Shown: in pieces, positions 61,915-64,000 of the stretch
Layout: every line of letters begins with the position of its first letter
How positions within the stretch are numbered: position 1 is the first letter of the stretch
Made by a program: the position numbers and the translations under genes
Notes under the pieces: model-generated
The model's input: the letters and a program-made list of their open reading frames with translations, nothing else
Database searches by the model: none
Told to the model about the DNA's origin: nothing
Assembly: GCA_963744145.1 (NCBI GenBank)
Contig: CAVUSO010000001.1
Location: forward strand, 4,960,001 to 5,024,000
From: an uncultured cyanobacterium
GTDB taxonomy: Bacteria; Cyanobacteriota; Cyanobacteriia; Cyanobacteriales; CAWUOF01
Length of the DNA: 64,000 nt
Reading direction: 5' to 3'

Positions 61915-62898
61915 TCAATAATTATTATATTCTGGCTTGACATCTCGGAGCATCAGTGCTTCTACTGAATCTTGAGGAGTAATTTTACCTTGGAGTAAGC
62001 GATAGACTTGATAAGAAATCGGTACAGCCATACCCTGTTGATGGGCAAGTTGAATTAAAACTTGGGTGGTATTGACTCCTTCGGCTGTACCCTGGAGGTT
62101 GACCAAAATTTCTGCTAGAGTCTGACCTTGGGCTAGTTGATAACCAATTTGGTAATTACGACTAAGAGGACTGTTACAGGTAGCCAATAAATCCCCTAAT
62201 CCTGACAAACCATAAAAAGTTTCGGTTTGCGCTCCCCAATGGGTGCCAATTCTGATAATTTCAGTTAAACCACGAGTTAATAAAGCTGCTTTGGCATTAG
62301 TGCCCAAGTTTAAGCCATCACAGACTCCTGCGGCGATCGCCATGACATTTTTTAGGGTGCCACCTAGTTCTACTCCCAAGGGATCGGCATTAGTATAAAC
62401 TCGGAAGGATGCAGATGAAAATACCATTTGCACCACTGTTGCGGCTTGGCTCACTTTACTAGCTACTACTGTTGCTGCTGGTAATCCTCGTTTAATTTCT
62501 TCCGATAAATTTGGTCCAGATAAGATCACTACTGGGTGAGTGGGAAAAAATTCCTGCCAAATTTGGGAGGGGGTACAAGTAGTCGATGGATCTAATCCTT
62601 TGGTAGCAGTAACAAAAATCGTGGCAGGATCGATATATAAGGAATTGATCTGGGTGACTACAGCTCTGACACCCTGCATTGATACAGCAGAAATGATCAT
62701 CTGAGCTGAGTCTAAAACTTGTTCGAGGCGATCGCCACAGCTCCGGGACCACACCTTGACTTTATGCCCATTTTTCCTAGCTAAATCAGCGAGGATCGAA
62801 CCCCAAGCACCACTACCAATCACCGCAATGGTTTTTTGCGAGTCGGAATGCTCCCAGGAATCTGGAAATTTTTGCTGATCTTGATCTACACCATCCAC
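61915..62898 (-). CDS. gpsA: NAD(P)H-dependent glycerol-3-phosphate dehydrogenase
   Basis: GSGAWG, TKG, SGPN, GGTLKNV and GLGDLLATC..SRN. Confidence 0.93.
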   Translation of the reverse strand: MDGVDQDQQKFPDSWEHSDSQKTIAVIGSGAWGSILADLARKNGHKVKVWSRSCGDRLEQVLDSAQMIISAVSMQGVRAVVTQINSLYIDPATIFVTATKGLDPSTTCTPSQIWQEFFPTHPVVILSGPNLSEEIKRGLPAATVVASKVSQAATVVQMVFSSASFRVYTNADPLGVELGGTLKNVMAIAAGVCDGLNLGTNAKAALLTRGLTEIIRIGTHWGAQTETFYGLSGLGDLLATCNSPLSRNYQIGYQLAQGQTLAEILVNLQGTAEGVNTTQVLIQLAHQQGMAVPISYQVYRLLQGKITPQDSVEALMLRDVKPEYNNY

Positions 62899-62904
62899 AT
62901 TTTT

Positions 62905-63783
62905 TTATCCTTTATTGCGGGGATAGAGTTCCATTAATGCTTTTACCTGTTCAGCATGATAGGAACTACGAGTCAGAGGTGAAGAAACTATTTGTAAGAA
63001 TCCGAGGGATTCGCCCAATTTTTGCCAATGCTCAAATTGTGCTGGAGTGACAAAATTTTCGACTTTTAGATGTTTTTGACTAGGTTGCAAGTATTGTCCG
63101 ATCGTTAATATGTCACAATCAACTGCCCGGAGTTCTTGCATCACCTCCTGAATTTCGGGATCTGTTTCTCCTAGTCCTACCATAATGCCGGATTTGGTGT
63201 AAACATGAGGAGCTAAAGATCGCGATCGCTTTAGTAGTTCCAATGTTCTGTGATAATCACCTTGAGGACGTACCCGTCGATATAAACGTGGTACTGTTTC
63301 TGTATTATGGTTTAGTACGTCCGGTCCAGCAGCAAGAATTGTTGCTAATGCTTGCCAATTTCCACATAAATCGGGGATCAGGACTTCAATAGTTGTATGT
63401 GGAGAAGTAGCCCGAACTGCTTCAATACAATGGACAAACTGGGAAGCACCCCCATCAGGTAAATCATCACGATTGACGGAAGTAATGACCAGATGGTTTA
63501 ACTTTAAACGCTTGACTGCTTCAGCTAATCGGATTGGTTCGGTCGGATCGAGGGGTTTTGGTTTTTTCTCAAAATCAATATCACAATAAGGACAAGCACG
63601 GGTACAAGCTGGTCCCATAATTAAGAAGGTTGCTGTGCCAACATAGAAACATTCACCAATATTGGGACAGGATGCTTCCTCACAGACAGTATTTAGGGAT
63701 AAATCCCGCAGAATTTCCTTAACATTACCTACGCGTTCCCACTGAGGTGCTTTTACCCGTAGCCAATCCGGTTTAACAACCAC
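62905..63783 (-). CDS. lipA: Lipoyl synthase
   Basis: [20 protein letters not shown] and RSSYHA. Confidence 0.96.
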   Translation of the reverse strand: MVVKPDWLRVKAPQWERVGNVKEILRDLSLNTVCEEASCPNIGECFYVGTATFLIMGPACTRACPYCDIDFEKKPKPLDPTEPIRLAEAVKRLKLNHLVITSVNRDDLPDGGASQFVHCIEAVRATSPHTTIEVLIPDLCGNWQALATILAAGPDVLNHNTETVPRLYRRVRPQGDYHRTLELLKRSRSLAPHVYTKSGIMVGLGETDPEIQEVMQELRAVDCDILTIGQYLQPSQKHLKVENFVTPAQFEHWQKLGESLGFLQIVSSPLTRSSYHAEQVKALMELYPRNKG

Positions 63784-63902
63784 GCTTGCCTCTTCAATAA
63801 CTTGGTAAAAATTTACGCTTATTGCTAGCAGTTTCCTATCCTACCAGCTATCTCCTTTTTCTGGGAGGGAAATAAGTTTTGTGATTTACCTGTAATTTCT
63901 AC

Positions 63903-63929
63903 TTGTAATTATAGATTTTGTGATATAAT
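63903..63929 (+). promoter_or_regulatory. Putative sigma70 promoter for the tRNA
   Basis: TATAAT at 63924-63929, 20 bp before the tRNA; TTGTAA upstream with short spacing. Confidence 0.4.
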
Positions 63930-63949
63930 GAGAAACGTATGTTTAAAAC

Positions 63950-64000
63950 CGGGATGTAGCGCAGCTTGGTAGCGCACCTCGTTCGGGACGAGGGGCCGCA
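63950..64000 (+). tRNA. tRNA-Pro (anticodon CGG), cut off by the window edge
   Basis: CGGGATGTAGCGCAGCTTGGTAGCGC D-arm; anticodon stem CCTCG-TT-CGG-GA-CGAGG. Confidence 0.93.

Overview
Chromosomal window from an AT-rich cyanobacterium: the HIP1 octamer GCGATCGC is abundant, and CP12, ycf55-like, sigC and GUN4-domain genes are present. Housekeeping genes include a gyrA/parC-like gene, gyrB, miaA, PBP1A, glcD, gmhB, ispD, menG/ubiE, gpsA, lipA and a partial tRNA-Pro. Signalling genes include a hybrid kinase that combines an ethylene-binding domain with a DXCF cyanobacteriochrome GAF and sits next to a REC-adenylate/guanylate cyclase, a trifunctional Ser/Thr-AAA-His kinase and a Cache kinase. 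Accessory and degraded DNA includes a collapsed YcaO/ThcOx RiPP remnant, a BsuBI/PstI-type MTase-REase fusion lacking its nuclease core, two damaged PIN toxins, a truncated DGR-type reverse transcriptase, an intact-looking IS200/IS605 element (tnpA plus tnpB), three MITE types and 24-nt short dispersed repeats inserted in frame. Two nuclease cassettes are each flanked by 67-79 bp direct repeats that start at or near a HIP1 site. A roughly 570-bp segment between two HIP1 palindromes looks like eukaryotic genomic DNA. gyrB and the PBP gene each carry two +1 insertions that are probably sequencing errors. All family calls come from motif recognition by eye; no database searches were run.
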